Below are positions 10,438 through 20,276 of a DNA stretch of 64,000 nucleotides, piece by piece (the first letter of the stretch is position 1; every line of letters begins with the position of its first letter). The stretch covers positions 1,408,001-1,472,000 of the forward strand of contig CAVVHE010000004.1 in NCBI GenBank assembly GCA_963748015.1. The letters are read 5' to 3'. The notes under the pieces were generated by a model. It saw nothing but the letters and a program-made list of their open reading frames with translations. It did not search any database and had not been told where the DNA came from. The translations under genes and the position numbers were made by a program. Source of the stretch: Terriglobia bacterium. GTDB taxonomy: Bacteria; Acidobacteriota; Polarisedimenticolia; Polarisedimenticolales; JAIQFR01.

Positions 10438-11628
10438 ATGCCGAGGAAGCTGAGCGTCCGGGGGCTCCGGATCGATAGGGGTCAGAGGGTGTTCTGCCGC
10501 GTGGACTACAACGTCCCGATAAAGAACGGAAAAGTGGACGACGACTCGCGAATCGCCGCGTCGCTCCCCACGCTCAAGCTCCTATCCGAGAAGGGAGCGC
10601 GCACCGTCCTGGCGTCGCACCTCGGCCGACCGAAAGGGAAGGCGAGCGCCGAGTTCTCCCTGAAGCCCGTGGCCGAGCACCTCGCCGCCCTCCTCGGGAA
10701 GCCGGTGGCCTTCTCCGAGACGTGCGTCGGCGAGGCGGCCGAGAAGGCGTCGCGGGAGCTCGAGCCGGGCGGATTCCTCGTGATCGAGAACGTCAGGTTC
10801 CACAAGGAGGAGGAGGCCAACGACGCCGGGTTCTCCGCGTCCCTCGCCCGCCTCGGCGACCTTTACGTGAACGACGCGTTCGGGTCCGCCCACCGCGCCC
10901 ACGCGTCCACCGCCGGCGTCGCGGCGCTGCTCAAGCCCGCCGCAGCGGGGCTTCTGATGGAGGCGGAGCTCGAGCACCTCGGCCGTCTCCTCGAGCACCC
11001 CGAGTCCCCGTTCGTGGCGATACTCGGCGGGGCCAAGGTCACCGACAAGATCGAGCTGATCGAGAACCTCATGCCGCGAGTGGACCTGTTCCTCGTCGGC
11101 GGCGCGATGGCCTACACCTTCCTCAAGGCGTTCATGAAGCCGACCGGGCTCTCGCCGATCGAGGAGGACCGCACGACCCTCGCCAAGGCGCTCGTGCAGA
11201 AGGCGCGGACCGCGGGCAAGGACTTCCTCTTTCCCGTGGACCACGTGGTCACCGTCGGCGGCAAGGACGACGTCCACCACGTCACCGCGGGTGTCGACAT
11301 CGTGGACGACGAGGCGGGGGTGGACATCGGGCCCAAGACCGCGGAGCTGTTCGCCGCGCGGATCGCGGGGGCTCGTACGGTGCTCTGGAACGGCCCCCTG
11401 GGCAAGTTCGAGACCGAGGCGTTCTCGCACGGGACGCGCAAGGTAGCCGAGGCGCTGGCGACCTCCGCGGCGGTGTCCGTGGTGGGCGGCGGCGACACCG
11501 CATCGGCGGTGAAGAAGTTCGGACTCACCGCGCGCATGACGCACGTTTCGACGGGAGGCGGCGCGTCGCTCGAGTTCCTCTCGGGTCTCCCGCTTCCGGG
11601 CGTCGAGGCGCTGGACGACGCCTCATGA
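10438..11628 (+). CDS. pgk: Phosphoglycerate kinase
   Basis: RVDYNVP, SHLGRPKG, NDAFGSAHRAHAS, HVSTGGGASLEFL. Confidence 0.98.
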   Translation: MPRKLSVRGLRIDRGQRVFCRVDYNVPIKNGKVDDDSRIAASLPTLKLLSEKGARTVLASHLGRPKGKASAEFSLKPVAEHLAALLGKPVAFSETCVGEAAEKASRELEPGGFLVIENVRFHKEEEANDAGFSASLARLGDLYVNDAFGSAHRAHASTAGVAALLKPAAAGLLMEAELEHLGRLLEHPESPFVAILGGAKVTDKIELIENLMPRVDLFLVGGAMAYTFLKAFMKPTGLSPIEEDRTTLAKALVQKARTAGKDFLFPVDHVVTVGGKDDVHHVTAGVDIVDDEAGVDIGPKTAELFAARIAGARTVLWNGPLGKFETEAFSHGTRKVAEALATSAAVSVVGGGDTASAVKKFGLTARMTHVSTGGGASLEFLSGLPLPGVEALDDAS

Positions 11629-12395
11629 CGTCTCCCGCGCGCAGGCCGCTCGTCGCCGGCAACTGGAAGATGAACCTCAGCGAGGCGTGGGCGGTCGCCC
11701 TCGTGGACGATCTCCTTCCGAGGGTCGCCTCGTTGCGGAGCGTCGAGATCGTCGTCGCGCCGGCGTTCCCCTGCCTCCGGGCGGTCGCCGACCGGCTCGC
11801 GGGCAGCGCGGTGCTGCTCGGCGCCCAGAACGTCCACTGGGAGGAGAAGGGCGCGTTCACCGGCGAGGTCTCCCCCCGCATGCTCGCCGAGATGGGGGTG
11901 CGCTTCGTCATCGTGGGCCACTCGGAGCGCCGGGTCCATTTCGGCGAGACCGACGAGAGGGTCGAGCGGAAGGTCGCGGCCGTGAGGCGGCACGGCCTCG
12001 TTCCGATCCTCTGCGTGGGTGAACAGGAAAAGGAGCGCGACGAGGGGCGCACCCTCGCGGTCGTCGAGCGCCAGCTTCGCATCGGCCTCGGCAGGCTCGA
12101 GGTCAAGGACGGCTCCGAGATCGTGATCGCCTACGAGCCGGTCTGGGCGATCGGCACCGGCCGCAGCGCGACCCCCGAGCAGGCCCAGGAAGTCCACCGG
12201 ATGATCCGGGAGCAGCTCGCCGGGATGTTCCCTGGCGGCTCGGCCTCGCGGATCCGCATCCTCTATGGTGGCTCCGCCACCGTGGAAACCGCCCCGGTAC
12301 TCCTGCGCCTCCCGGAAGTGGACGGCGCACTCGTCGGCGGGGCCTCGCTCGACGCCGCTGCCTTTGCGGCGATCGCCGCCATCGCCGGCGCCTGA
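11625..12395 (+). CDS. tpiA: Triosephosphate isomerase
   Basis: AGNWKMN, GHSERR, AYEPVWAIGTG, LVGGASL; ATGA overlap with pgk. Confidence 0.98.
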   Translation: MTSPARRPLVAGNWKMNLSEAWAVALVDDLLPRVASLRSVEIVVAPAFPCLRAVADRLAGSAVLLGAQNVHWEEKGAFTGEVSPRMLAEMGVRFVIVGHSERRVHFGETDERVERKVAAVRRHGLVPILCVGEQEKERDEGRTLAVVERQLRIGLGRLEVKDGSEIVIAYEPVWAIGTGRSATPEQAQEVHRMIREQLAGMFPGGSASRIRILYGGSATVETAPVLLRLPEVDGALVGGASLDAAAFAAIAAIAGA

Positions 12396-12477
12396 GGTCC
12401 CCCGTTTCTTGCGACCCCCGCCGGGGGCGTGCTAGACTTCGCGGGTTGCGGGAAACGCTTGTCCTGGTGAGGTTTGC

Positions 12478-12846
12478 ATGACGTACCTGCTGATCCTGGT
12501 CCACATCGTCGTCTCGGTGATCCTGATCCTCGTGGTGCTGCTCCAGACCGGAAAGCGAGCGGACCTGGCCGGTGCCTTCGGGGGCGGCGGCAGCCAGACG
12601 GTGTTCGGTGCTCGCGGCGCGGCGACGTTCCTCTCGAAAGCGACGACGATCAGCGCGGTCATTTTCATGTTCACCTCGCTGACCCTCTCGCTGATGTCGT
12701 CCCCGACGGGGAGCCAGGGGAAATCCGTGCTCCCCCAGGACGCTCCGGCGCAGACCGCACCGGCGCAGCCCGGACCGGCGAAGAGCGCACCGGCGCCGTC
12801 CGCTCCGGCGAGCAACGTGCCCGCGACGCCTGCTCCGTCCAAGTAG
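12478..12846 (+). CDS. secG: Preprotein translocase subunit SecG
   Basis: VLLQTGKRADLAGAFGGGGSQTVFG; tpiA-secG-tRNA-Leu synteny. Confidence 0.96.
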   Translation: MTYLLILVHIVVSVILILVVLLQTGKRADLAGAFGGGGSQTVFGARGAATFLSKATTISAVIFMFTSLTLSLMSSPTGSQGKSVLPQDAPAQTAPAQPGPAKSAPAPSAPASNVPATPAPSK

Positions 12847-12917
12847 GAACGCTCGACGCTGGGCCACGGCCTGCGTATAATTCGTTTCGCTGCTAGTCCG
12901 AGAACGCTCGTCCGTTT

Positions 12918-13002
12918 GCCGAAGTGGTGAAATTGGTAGACACACCATCTTGAGGGGGTGGCGCCGCGAGGCGTGGGGGTTCGAATCCCCCCTTCGGCAC
13001 CA
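12918..13002 (+). tRNA. tRNA-Leu(GAG)
   Basis: GCCGAAG acceptor, anticodon arm CCATC-TTGAGGG-GGTGG, long variable arm, TTCGAAT, encoded CCA. Confidence 0.96.
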
Positions 13003-13038
13003 AGTCCGGATCGAGCGCCCGGTACCCGCGGTTCGAGA

Positions 13039-13065
13039 GAAGCCCGCCGTCTCATGGCGGGCTTC
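13039..13065. terminator. Hairpin between convergent tRNA-Leu and zinc-finger gene
   Basis: GAAGCCCGCC / GGCGGGCTTC 10-bp inverted repeat; no long U tail. Confidence 0.5.
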
Positions 13066-13115
13066 GGCGTCTCCGGAGGCCGGAGCGCCCTCGTTTGGCG
13101 CCGAGCGCCGCGCCC

Positions 13116-13445
13116 CTACACCGCCGCCCGCAGCTTCTTCCGGCGCCACGCCTGGTAGTGCTTGGAGCACAGTCCCTGCGCCACGTGGGGAAGTCCGCAT
13201 CCCGGAGTCTTGCAGCGCCGGTTCGATCGCGGCCTGCCGACGCGGCGCGCGCCGGGCCTTCCCGCCCCGGTGACGGCACGGCGCGAGAGACGGTTCAGCT
13301 GACGCTCGACCTGGCGCAACTGCTCTCGATCGGGGAGCTGCCGCCCTACCTCGCTCACCACCTTGCGCGCGATCGCCTCGACCAACTGCCTGAGCGCCGC
13401 GCTCAACGTGGACGCCCGGACCGCCTGCTTGCGCTTCCGTGCCAT
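13116..13445 (-). CDS. Small basic protein with C-terminal C-x4-C-x9-C-x2-H zinc finger
   Basis: MARKRKQ...GRPRSNRRCKTPGCGLPHVAQGLCSKHYQAWRR; GGGAGAG upstream of ATG. Confidence 0.7.
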   Translation of the reverse strand: MARKRKQAVRASTLSAALRQLVEAIARKVVSEVGRQLPDREQLRQVERQLNRLSRRAVTGAGRPGARRVGRPRSNRRCKTPGCGLPHVAQGLCSKHYQAWRRKKLRAAV

Positions 13446-13581
13446 GCGCTCTCCCTTCCGCTTCCCGATAGGCCCCCCCGACCGTTCGAGGATCGATGAC
13501 AAGGAGCGACGATGGGGTGATCTTAGCGGGTAGCGGCGGCGGGTGTAAAGCATTATCGGGCAGGAGGTGTCGTGACTCGAG

Positions 13582-14079
13582 TCACCAGTCCTTGTAAAGG
13601 GTGCCGTCGAGGGCGACCCCGTCGGACAGGCTGTAGACGTCGTAGATGTTCTCGCTCCCCCACGAGTCGCTGTCCCAGTCGTCCTGGTACGAGCGCAGCC
13701 CCCACTCGGCTTCTCCCGTCATCGGGTCGGGGGGGATCCTCGGCAGGAACTTGAGCTTCTTCGCGTTCGGCGAGGTCGGATCCGCCACCTCGACGCCGTC
13801 CACGAGCTCGTCGAGGCTCATGGGATAGAACATCTGGCTGACGTCCTTCTGCGCGATCAGCCCGGCCTCGGAGTACTTGTGGTACTGGTCGATCGCGCCG
13901 CGGAGTATCTTGAGCGTCCCGCGCAGGTGCTCTTCCCGCTGCCGCTTCTCGTTCCAGCGCGCGAGCGGGATCGCGGCCGCGGCGATCACCAGCAGGACCG
14001 ACACCGCCACCAGCAACTCGATGTAGGTGAGTCCCCGCGACCGGCGCCCGCCATCCAACTCTCCCGCCCGTCTCGACAC
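13582..14079 (-). CDS. Type II secretion/type IV pilin-like pseudopilin
   Basis: Prepilin site G-LTYIELLVAV plus hydrophobic helix; AIDQY, FLPRIPPDPMTG, DVYSLS. Confidence 0.85.
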   Translation of the reverse strand: MSRRAGELDGGRRSRGLTYIELLVAVSVLLVIAAAAIPLARWNEKRQREEHLRGTLKILRGAIDQYHKYSEAGLIAQKDVSQMFYPMSLDELVDGVEVADPTSPNAKKLKFLPRIPPDPMTGEAEWGLRSYQDDWDSDSWGSENIYDVYSLSDGVALDGTLYKDW

Positions 14080-14138
14080 GTCGCTTCCTCGCCCCTCCCG
14101 GGACCCGGTCTAAGGTACGGACCCGCGTCCCCTGGCGT

Positions 14139-14304
14139 CTAGTGTCCCGACTCGGAAGTTCCTTGCCTAATCCGCCGAGCCATGGGCGGTCCCGGCAAGG
14201 AGGGCCGACGAAGGAATACCGGGAGTATTTCGAGGAGGCCCGACGCAGCCGGGGCCGGCCAGGGCCGGCGGAATAGGTGAGGAACTTCCGTGTCGGGACA
14301 CTAG
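14139..14304. mobile_element. MITE-like element with CTAG ends
   Basis: CTAGTGTCCCGACTCGGAAGTTCC (14139-14162) vs GGAACTTCCGTGTCGGGACACTAG (14281-14304): 24-bp inverted repeat, 1 mismatch; no ORF. Confidence 0.75.
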
Positions 14305-14306
14305 GT

Positions 14307-16673
14307 CTATTTGCGCCGAAAGATGCGCCGGAGCCAGCCGCCGAGCCCCTTCGCGTGGAGGGCGCAGCCGTCCACGGGCTCGGTGCCCGCGGCGAACACC
14401 TCCTCGACCCTCGCGGGACACCCCGCGACGGCGAGCCCGCCGCTCTCCGGATCCACGACCGCCCGGACGATCCCCTCCGGCTCCGGGAACGGCGCGTCGG
14501 TGAACCGCCCCGCCCGCCGCAGCAGATCCACCCAGATCGGAAGGGCGCCGGACGCCCCGGTCAGTCCGGTCCGCGCGTTGTCGTCGTAACCGACCCAGAC
14601 CAGCGCGAGGAGATCGGGGGTGTACCCCACGAACCAGGCGTCTCGGGTGTCGTCGGTCGTGCCCGTCTTCCCGGCCGCATTCCCCCGCAAGCCGAGGGCG
14701 GCCGAGGACGCGGCCGTTCCTCGCGAGAGCACGCCGCGCAGCACGTCGGTCACCAGCCACGCCGCCTGCGGGGTCACCACCTGCACCGGGTCCTTGCCCT
14801 TTCGCGAGAGCGGCTCCCCTTCCCTCGAGGTCACCTGCCGCACGATGGCGGGATCCGAGCGCTTCCCCTCGCTCGCGAGGACGCCGAACGCGGCGGCGAG
14901 GTCGAGGGGGGTGATCTCCTGCGCTCCCAGCGCCAGCGAAGGATACGGCTCCAGGTTTCCCAGGCCGCAGCGAGCCGCGATCCTCACCACTTCCTTGAGG
15001 CCCACGCGCATCGCGGCGCGCGCCGTCGGGACGTTGAGCGACTGCTCGAGCGCCTGGCGCGCCGTGACCGGGCCGCGGAACTCGCCGTCGTAGTTCAATG
15101 GACGCCACGTGCGGCCGCCCGACGGGATCTCGAGAGGGCTGTCGTCGAGGATCGTCGCCGCGGTCAGGCCGCCTTCCCGCCCGCGAATCGCGCTCTCGAA
15201 TCCCGCGAGGTAGACGAACGGCTTGAAGCACGAGCCCGCCTGCCGCCGCGCCTGGACCGCGCGGTTGAACTGGCTTCCCGCGTAGTCCCTCCCGCCGACC
15301 AGCGCGAGCACGGCGCCGGTCGAGGGGCGGAGGACGAGGGCGCACCCCTCGAGCTTCCGCCCGCCGTCCTTCGCGGCGCCCCGCCGCTCCTTGTCCAGCC
15401 GCTCGAGCCCGGCGCGCAACGCTTCCTGGGCGGCCTCCTGCAGGGTCGTGTCCAGGGTCGTGTAGATTCGAAGTCCCTCCCTGGCCAGCTGCGTGGGCGT
15501 ATACAGGTCCGCCAGCTGGGAACGGACGAGATCCACGACGTAGGGGGCGCGCGAGTATCCCTGCTTGCCGCTCGCGAGACGAGGGCGCTCCGAGCGCGCG
15601 GCCTCCGCCTCGGCCTCGCGTATCCGTCGATCGTCGAGCATCGACCGGAGGACCTGGTCGCGCCGGCCGATCGCCTGCTCCAGGTGGCTGAACGGGTTGT
15701 ACCCTCCCGGATTGCGGACGAGCCCCGCGAGGAGCGCGCAGTCGCCGAGCGTGAGGTCCGCGAGGTCCTTGCCGAAGTAGAAGCGCGCCGCGGACGCGAA
15801 CCCGCAGACCGCCACGGAGCCCCGCTGCCCGAGATAGACCTCGTTCAGGTAGACCTCGAGGATCCGGTCCTTCGAGTACCTGGCGTCCATTACGACCGCG
15901 AGCAGGGCCTCGCGGAACTTCCTCCACCACGTGCGCTCCTGGCCGAGGTATAGGTTCTTCACGGTCTGCTGCGTGATCGTGCTCCCGCCCTGCACGATGC
16001 GCGCGCTTCGGACGTCCGCGAACAGCGCGCGCAGGATCGCGATCGGGTCCACTCCGGGATGCGAGTAGAAGCGCGAGTCCTCGGCCGCGAGGACGGCATC
16101 CACCAGGCGCTTGGGGACGTCCTCCAGCCGGACGACCTCGCGCTCCTCCTGCTGGGGTCCGGAGAGGAGTGCCAAGAGCTCGGGCTCGAGCTCGAGGCGG
16201 GGAATCGCCCGTCCGCCGACCCCTTCGATGGACTGCACGCTCCCGCCGTCGAAGCGGACGGTCACGCGTCGCGCCGCCGCGGGAGTCGCGGTGCCGGAGG
16301 ACGTGCGGAGGTGCACCTCGATGCGGTCGCCCCGGCGGCGGTACTGCCCCGGGCTCGACGGAGATCCGTCGACGCGGACGAAGCCGGAGCGGTCGAGCCG
16401 CCGGGCGATCGCGGGCGGCGTCGCGATCGAGCCCGGGACGAGCACGAGACCGTCGGAGTAGACGCGCGACGGAAAGTCCCAGAGGCGGCCTTCGAACCTC
16501 CGGCCGACCTCCACCCACAGGTAAAGCCACCCGGCGGAGAAGACGACCAGGAGCACGAAGGCAAGCGCGGCCGTGCGCTTGAGGGCCCGTCCGCGAGGCG
16601 ACCGTTTGCGCCGGCCGCCCTCCGCGCGGGACCGCTTGCGGCCGCTGTGCGGACGCGGGTCAGGGCGTTTCAT
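14307..16673 (-). CDS. mrcB: Class A penicillin-binding protein (PBP1B-like: UB2H, transglycosylase, transpeptidase)
   Basis: EDSRFYSHPG, GGSTITQQ, SCFK (SxxK), SLN, KTGT; start could be 16706. Confidence 0.9.
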   Translation of the reverse strand: MKRPDPRPHSGRKRSRAEGGRRKRSPRGRALKRTAALAFVLLVVFSAGWLYLWVEVGRRFEGRLWDFPSRVYSDGLVLVPGSIATPPAIARRLDRSGFVRVDGSPSSPGQYRRRGDRIEVHLRTSSGTATPAAARRVTVRFDGGSVQSIEGVGGRAIPRLELEPELLALLSGPQQEEREVVRLEDVPKRLVDAVLAAEDSRFYSHPGVDPIAILRALFADVRSARIVQGGSTITQQTVKNLYLGQERTWWRKFREALLAVVMDARYSKDRILEVYLNEVYLGQRGSVAVCGFASAARFYFGKDLADLTLGDCALLAGLVRNPGGYNPFSHLEQAIGRRDQVLRSMLDDRRIREAEAEAARSERPRLASGKQGYSRAPYVVDLVRSQLADLYTPTQLAREGLRIYTTLDTTLQEAAQEALRAGLERLDKERRGAAKDGGRKLEGCALVLRPSTGAVLALVGGRDYAGSQFNRAVQARRQAGSCFKPFVYLAGFESAIRGREGGLTAATILDDSPLEIPSGGRTWRPLNYDGEFRGPVTARQALEQSLNVPTARAAMRVGLKEVVRIAARCGLGNLEPYPSLALGAQEITPLDLAAAFGVLASEGKRSDPAIVRQVTSREGEPLSRKGKDPVQVVTPQAAWLVTDVLRGVLSRGTAASSAALGLRGNAAGKTGTTDDTRDAWFVGYTPDLLALVWVGYDDNARTGLTGASGALPIWVDLLRRAGRFTDAPFPEPEGIVRAVVDPESGGLAVAGCPARVEEVFAAGTEPVDGCALHAKGLGGWLRRIFRRK

Positions 16674-16749
16674 CGCGCGCGCAAGCCCGGGGGAAGCAGG
16701 CGCCACGGGACCGCGGGAGGATTGCCCCGAGCCTCCCGCGCCGGACCGC

Positions 16750-17043
16750 CTACTTCCTCAGGCTCTCCTTGAGGGGCTTGCCCGCCTTGAACGCGGGGGC
16801 GCGGGTAGCGGGAAGCTCGAGCGCCTCGCCGGTGTGGGGATTGCGCCCCGAGCGCGCCTTCCTGGACCGGGCCTCGAAGGTCCCGAAGCCGCTGATGGCG
16901 ACCTTCCCCCCCGCGATCATCTCCGCCGCGATGAGCCCGATCGCGGGGTCCGGATCGAAGAGGGCGTCCACGCAGACCCTCGCGTCGCGGGCCGAAAGGC
17001 CTGTCTTCGCGCTGAGCTTGTCGACGAGCTCGGCTTTGTTCAC
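16750..17043 (-). CDS. hup: HU family DNA-binding protein
   Basis: MNKAELV, GFGTFE, GRNPHTG, PAFKAGK. Confidence 0.93.
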   Translation of the reverse strand: MNKAELVDKLSAKTGLSARDARVCVDALFDPDPAIGLIAAEMIAGGKVAISGFGTFEARSRKARSGRNPHTGEALELPATRAPAFKAGKPLKESLRK

Positions 17044-17108
17044 GGCGTCCTCCTCTACGGAATCGGCGTCATGGCCTCTTGCACCGATTCTACGACGATT
17101 TCGGCCGC

Positions 17109-17504
17109 CTAGGAAACGAGCTTCATTTCCTTGACGGACGACTGCACGACGAAGATGCGGATGTTGTTGTCCCCTTCGTCGAGCGGGAAGAAGTAGAAGC
17201 CTCGGCCGGTATCGCTGGACTCCCCCAGGAACCCCCAGACGGTCTCGCCGTCGGAGAAGGTCAAGATTGCCTTCTTGCCCGAGCTCTGCGCCTCGGCGAA
17301 CTGTCGCCGGGCGACGAAGTCCCGGTTCCCCATGTAGTCCTTCACGTAGAAGAGCGCCTTCATCTCGTCGACCACGACGCGGCTCGGCACGCCCCCCCCC
17401 TCGGCCGGGAGCAGGTGGAACGTCTCGGTATCGGGGTCGAAGTCGTGCGTGATCCCCTTGTGAATCGCTCCGTCCTTCATGTGGACGACGATCTTGTTCT
17501 CCAT
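17109..17504 (-). CDS. Conserved hypothetical protein (DUF6982-like, two internal repeats)
   Basis: KIVVHMKDG..KGITHDF, KALFYVKDY, TFSDGETVWG, GFYFFP..NNIRIFV. Confidence 0.7.
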   Translation of the reverse strand: MENKIVVHMKDGAIHKGITHDFDPDTETFHLLPAEGGGVPSRVVVDEMKALFYVKDYMGNRDFVARRQFAEAQSSGKKAILTFSDGETVWGFLGESSDTGRGFYFFPLDEGDNNIRIFVVQSSVKEMKLVS

Positions 17505-17654
17505 TCGCGCCTCCCCGGATCCGATCCGGCCGCGCGAATCCTACCCCCGGAGTGCCTTTTCGAGCAAATCCCGGAAAGCTCCCCCGCCGGCGGCCCCGTT
17601 TCTTGACCTGCCCGAAACCGGTACCTATGTTTTTGAACCGAGGAGGTACCCGCC

Positions 17655-18287
17655 ATGAACAGCCCCGCCCACGACGGCACCGACGGATCCGCCGAGAGCC
17701 TGGCCATGCCGGTCGCGGAGAGCGCGCCCTGGAGGCACCTGATTTTCCGCCGCAGGCGATTCCTCGTGCACCGCAGGTATCAGTTGCGCGTGACCGCCGT
17801 CACCGTGGGGACGGTGTTCGTGCTCCTCCTCGCGCTGAACTTCACGCTGTTCGCCTCGAATCACAAGAGCACGCAGGCGGCTGTGCAGGTGGCGCCGGAG
17901 CTCAAGTCCTACTTCGCGGCCCAGGACCGGTTCCAGATCGGGTTGACGCTCCTCGGCTCGCTCGCGTTCCTCGCGGGAGTGTTCCTGCTCGGAATCCTGG
18001 AGACCCACCGCACCGCGGGCGCCTCGCTCAACCTCTGCCGGTGCCTCGACCAACTGCGCGACGGGCGGTACAGCGTCCGCGTGAGACTCCGCCGGGGCGA
18101 CAACCTGAAGGAGATCGAGATGGCGTTCAACGAGATGGCCGACGCTCTCCAGGAGAGGTCCCATCGCGATGCCGCCGTTCTCGACGAGTTGTCGGACCGC
18201 ATCGACAAGATCAAGGCTCCGGACGCGGCGGCCCTGGCGTACGAGCTGCGGAAGCTGGCCGAGGAGCAGCGCCTGCTCGCCGGATAG
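17655..18287 (+). CDS. Two-TM membrane protein with HAMP-like domain
   Basis: RRRFLVHRRYQLR, two hydrophobic helices, THRTAG, LRRGDNLKEIEMAFNEMADAL; AGGAGG SD. Confidence 0.75.
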   Translation: MNSPAHDGTDGSAESLAMPVAESAPWRHLIFRRRRFLVHRRYQLRVTAVTVGTVFVLLLALNFTLFASNHKSTQAAVQVAPELKSYFAAQDRFQIGLTLLGSLAFLAGVFLLGILETHRTAGASLNLCRCLDQLRDGRYSVRVRLRRGDNLKEIEMAFNEMADALQERSHRDAAVLDELSDRIDKIKAPDAAALAYELRKLAEEQRLLAG

Positions 18288-18696
18288 CCTCCGCCCAGCC
18301 CGCCGCGTCGGGCACCTCCAGGACGAGCCCCCGGGCGCGGAATCGGGGGTCCGGCGCCCACTCCACGACCAATACTCCTCCCCGCTTGCCCTGCCCTTGC
18401 TCCCGAACCGCCACGATGCTCGCCAGCGCGATCCTCACCTCGCGCCGGGGGAAGAAGCGCTCGAACAACAGCTCCCCGTCGGTGAGCAGGAGCGCCGACG
18501 GGCCGGGTATCGCGGGGGCGTCCAGGAAGCCGCGGAGGAAAGCGCGAGGCTCCGAGCGGAGCGCGGGCCGGCCGGCGGGTGTCACGCCGTCGATCGGCGC
18601 CGCCCCTCCGCGGAGCACGATGCGCAGGGCGACGAGGAAACCCGCCACCATCGCCGCCAGCGGGATCAGCAGGATCAGGAGCGCCGCGAGTCTCAC
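18211..18696 (-). CDS. Hypothetical membrane-anchored protein (possible PH-like domain)
   Basis: GTG overlaps queC stop; N-terminal TM helix; [27 protein letters not shown]. Confidence 0.5.
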   Translation of the reverse strand: MRLAALLILLIPLAAMVAGFLVALRIVLRGGAAPIDGVTPAGRPALRSEPRAFLRGFLDAPAIPGPSALLLTDGELLFERFFPRREVRIALASIVAVREQGQGKRGGVLVVEWAPDPRFRARGLVLEVPDAAGWAEAIRRAGAAPRPASAARTPGPPRPEP

Positions 18697-19382
18697 GGGC
18701 GCGCTCGGAGCGCGGGGTCCTCGATCCCCGCGTCGCGGAACCCTCTTGCCCTCAGGAGGCACGCATCGCACAGGCCGCACGGGACCTGTCCGGGTGCCGG
18801 GTCGTAACACGACCAGGTGAGGGAGAGATCGACGCGCAGCTCGAGGGCCCGGCGGACGATCTCGCCCTTGGTCAGCCGCATGAGCGGCGCGTGGACGCGG
18901 AACGGCTCCCCCTCGACGCCGGCTCGGGTGGCGACCCGCGCGAGAGCCTCGAAGGCCTCGAGGAAGGCCGGCCGGCAGTCGGGGTAACCGCTGTAATCCA
19001 CGGCATTCGCGCCGATGAAGAGGTCCCTCGCTCCGAGCGCCTCGGCCCAGGCCAGCGCCAGCGAGAGCAGGACCGTGTTCCGCGCGGGAACGTAGGTCGG
19101 CGGGATGCCGGCGCCGATGGTCTCGTCCGTCCGGGACTTGGGAACCGGGATCGATGGATCGGTCAGCGCGGACCCTCCGGCGAACGCGAGGTCCACCGAC
19201 GCCATCCGGTGCGACGCGGCTCCCACGGCGCGCGCGACGGCGGCCGCACGCTCGAGCTCCACCTCGTGGCGCTGGCCGTAACGCACGGTGAGCGCGTGCG
19301 CCTCGAACTCCCGGGCGATCGCCTCGGCGAGGGTCGTCGCGGAGTCCATCCCCCCGGAGAGGAGCACGACGGCCCGGCGCAT
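18693..19382 (-). CDS. queC: 7-cyano-7-deazaguanine synthase
   Basis: [30 protein letters not shown]...CGLCDAC. Confidence 0.97.
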   Translation of the reverse strand: MRRAVVLLSGGMDSATTLAEAIAREFEAHALTVRYGQRHEVELERAAAVARAVGAASHRMASVDLAFAGGSALTDPSIPVPKSRTDETIGAGIPPTYVPARNTVLLSLALAWAEALGARDLFIGANAVDYSGYPDCRPAFLEAFEALARVATRAGVEGEPFRVHAPLMRLTKGEIVRRALELRVDLSLTWSCYDPAPGQVPCGLCDACLLRARGFRDAGIEDPALRARP

Positions 19383-20029
19383 CACACTCCCCTCTCCACA
19401 CCCGGCCACAGCGCCTTGTGGAGTTGAATCTGCACGCGAACGGGCAGGCGGTCCTCGAGAACCCAGCGCGCCAGCTCGCCGGGCTCGACCTCGCCCTGCA
19501 CGGGAGAGAACAAGACCGCGCATCGCGAGGCCAGCTCACGGGCCGCCAACTCGCGGGCGGCCCATTCGTAGTCGTCGCGCCCGGCGATGACGAACTTGAC
19601 CTCGTCCCCGGAACGCAGGACCTCGAGGTTCTCCCACCGGTTCGCCGCCGCCTCGCCGCTACCGGGGCATTTGACGTCCACGATCCGGATCACCCCCTCG
19701 GGGACGTTCGCGATCGGGAGGCTCCCGCCGGTCTCGAGGAGCACGCGATGTCCCCGCCGGAGGAGCTCCTCCATGAGCGGGACGGCGTCGGATTGCAGGA
19801 GCGGCTCCCCACCGGTGATCTCCACGAGGGGACAACCGAATCCTCCCACTTCCGCGACGACTTCGGCCACGCTCATCGCCCTTCCCCCCTCGAACGCGTA
19901 GGCGGTGTCGCACCAGCGGCAGCGGAGGTTGCAGCCCGTCAAGCGCACGAACACGCAGGGAAGCCCCGCGTGCGTGGACTCCCCCTGGATCGAGTGGAAG
20001 ATCTCGGTGACTCGAAGCACGGGAGTCAT
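19382..20029 (-). CDS. queE: 7-carboxy-7-deazaguanine synthase (radical SAM)
   Basis: [32 protein letters not shown]. Confidence 0.96.
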   Translation of the reverse strand: MTPVLRVTEIFHSIQGESTHAGLPCVFVRLTGCNLRCRWCDTAYAFEGGRAMSVAEVVAEVGGFGCPLVEITGGEPLLQSDAVPLMEELLRRGHRVLLETGGSLPIANVPEGVIRIVDVKCPGSGEAAANRWENLEVLRSGDEVKFVIAGRDDYEWAARELAARELASRCAVLFSPVQGEVEPGELARWVLEDRLPVRVQIQLHKALWPGVERGV

Positions 20030-20198
20030 TCTACATGGTCGCTCGGAGCCGTCTCCTTGCGCGCCGAGTGACGCTCACCGTCAGCTCCGGCCCCAAAATT
20101 GAGCGCTTCCGCCGCTGCACCCGCAGAGCCGCCCGTGCGCCTCGCCCGCATCCCCTTCCCGGTGAAAGACTTGACACTTCGGCTGCAGGAGCGGCTTC

Positions 20199-20215
20199 TC
20201 GGAACGAACATTGCA
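20199..20215 (+). promoter_or_regulatory. Putative sigma54 -24/-12 promoter of GGDEF-EAL operon
   Basis: TCGGAACGAACATTGCA: GG(20201)-N10-GC(20213), close to TGGCACG-N4-TTGCW. Confidence 0.55.
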
Positions 20216-20276
20216 TTCCTTTCGTGTGCACTGCTGTCGGGCGCGTGGGAGAGATGCGCCCGGTTTCGGGGGTGGC

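Noticed and set aside
10438..12395. pgk-tpiA frameshift fusion
   Set aside because: Simple ATGA overlap with its own start codon; no slippery run seen
12918..14300. tRNA-Leu as integration site of a genomic island
   Set aside because: No integrase and no duplicated tRNA 3' end seen in the window
18693..20029. queC/queE as a 7-deazaguanine DNA-modification or QatC-type defence system
   Set aside because: Canonical length and motifs; no dpdA, TatD or ATPase neighbours; ordinary queuosine pathway is simpler
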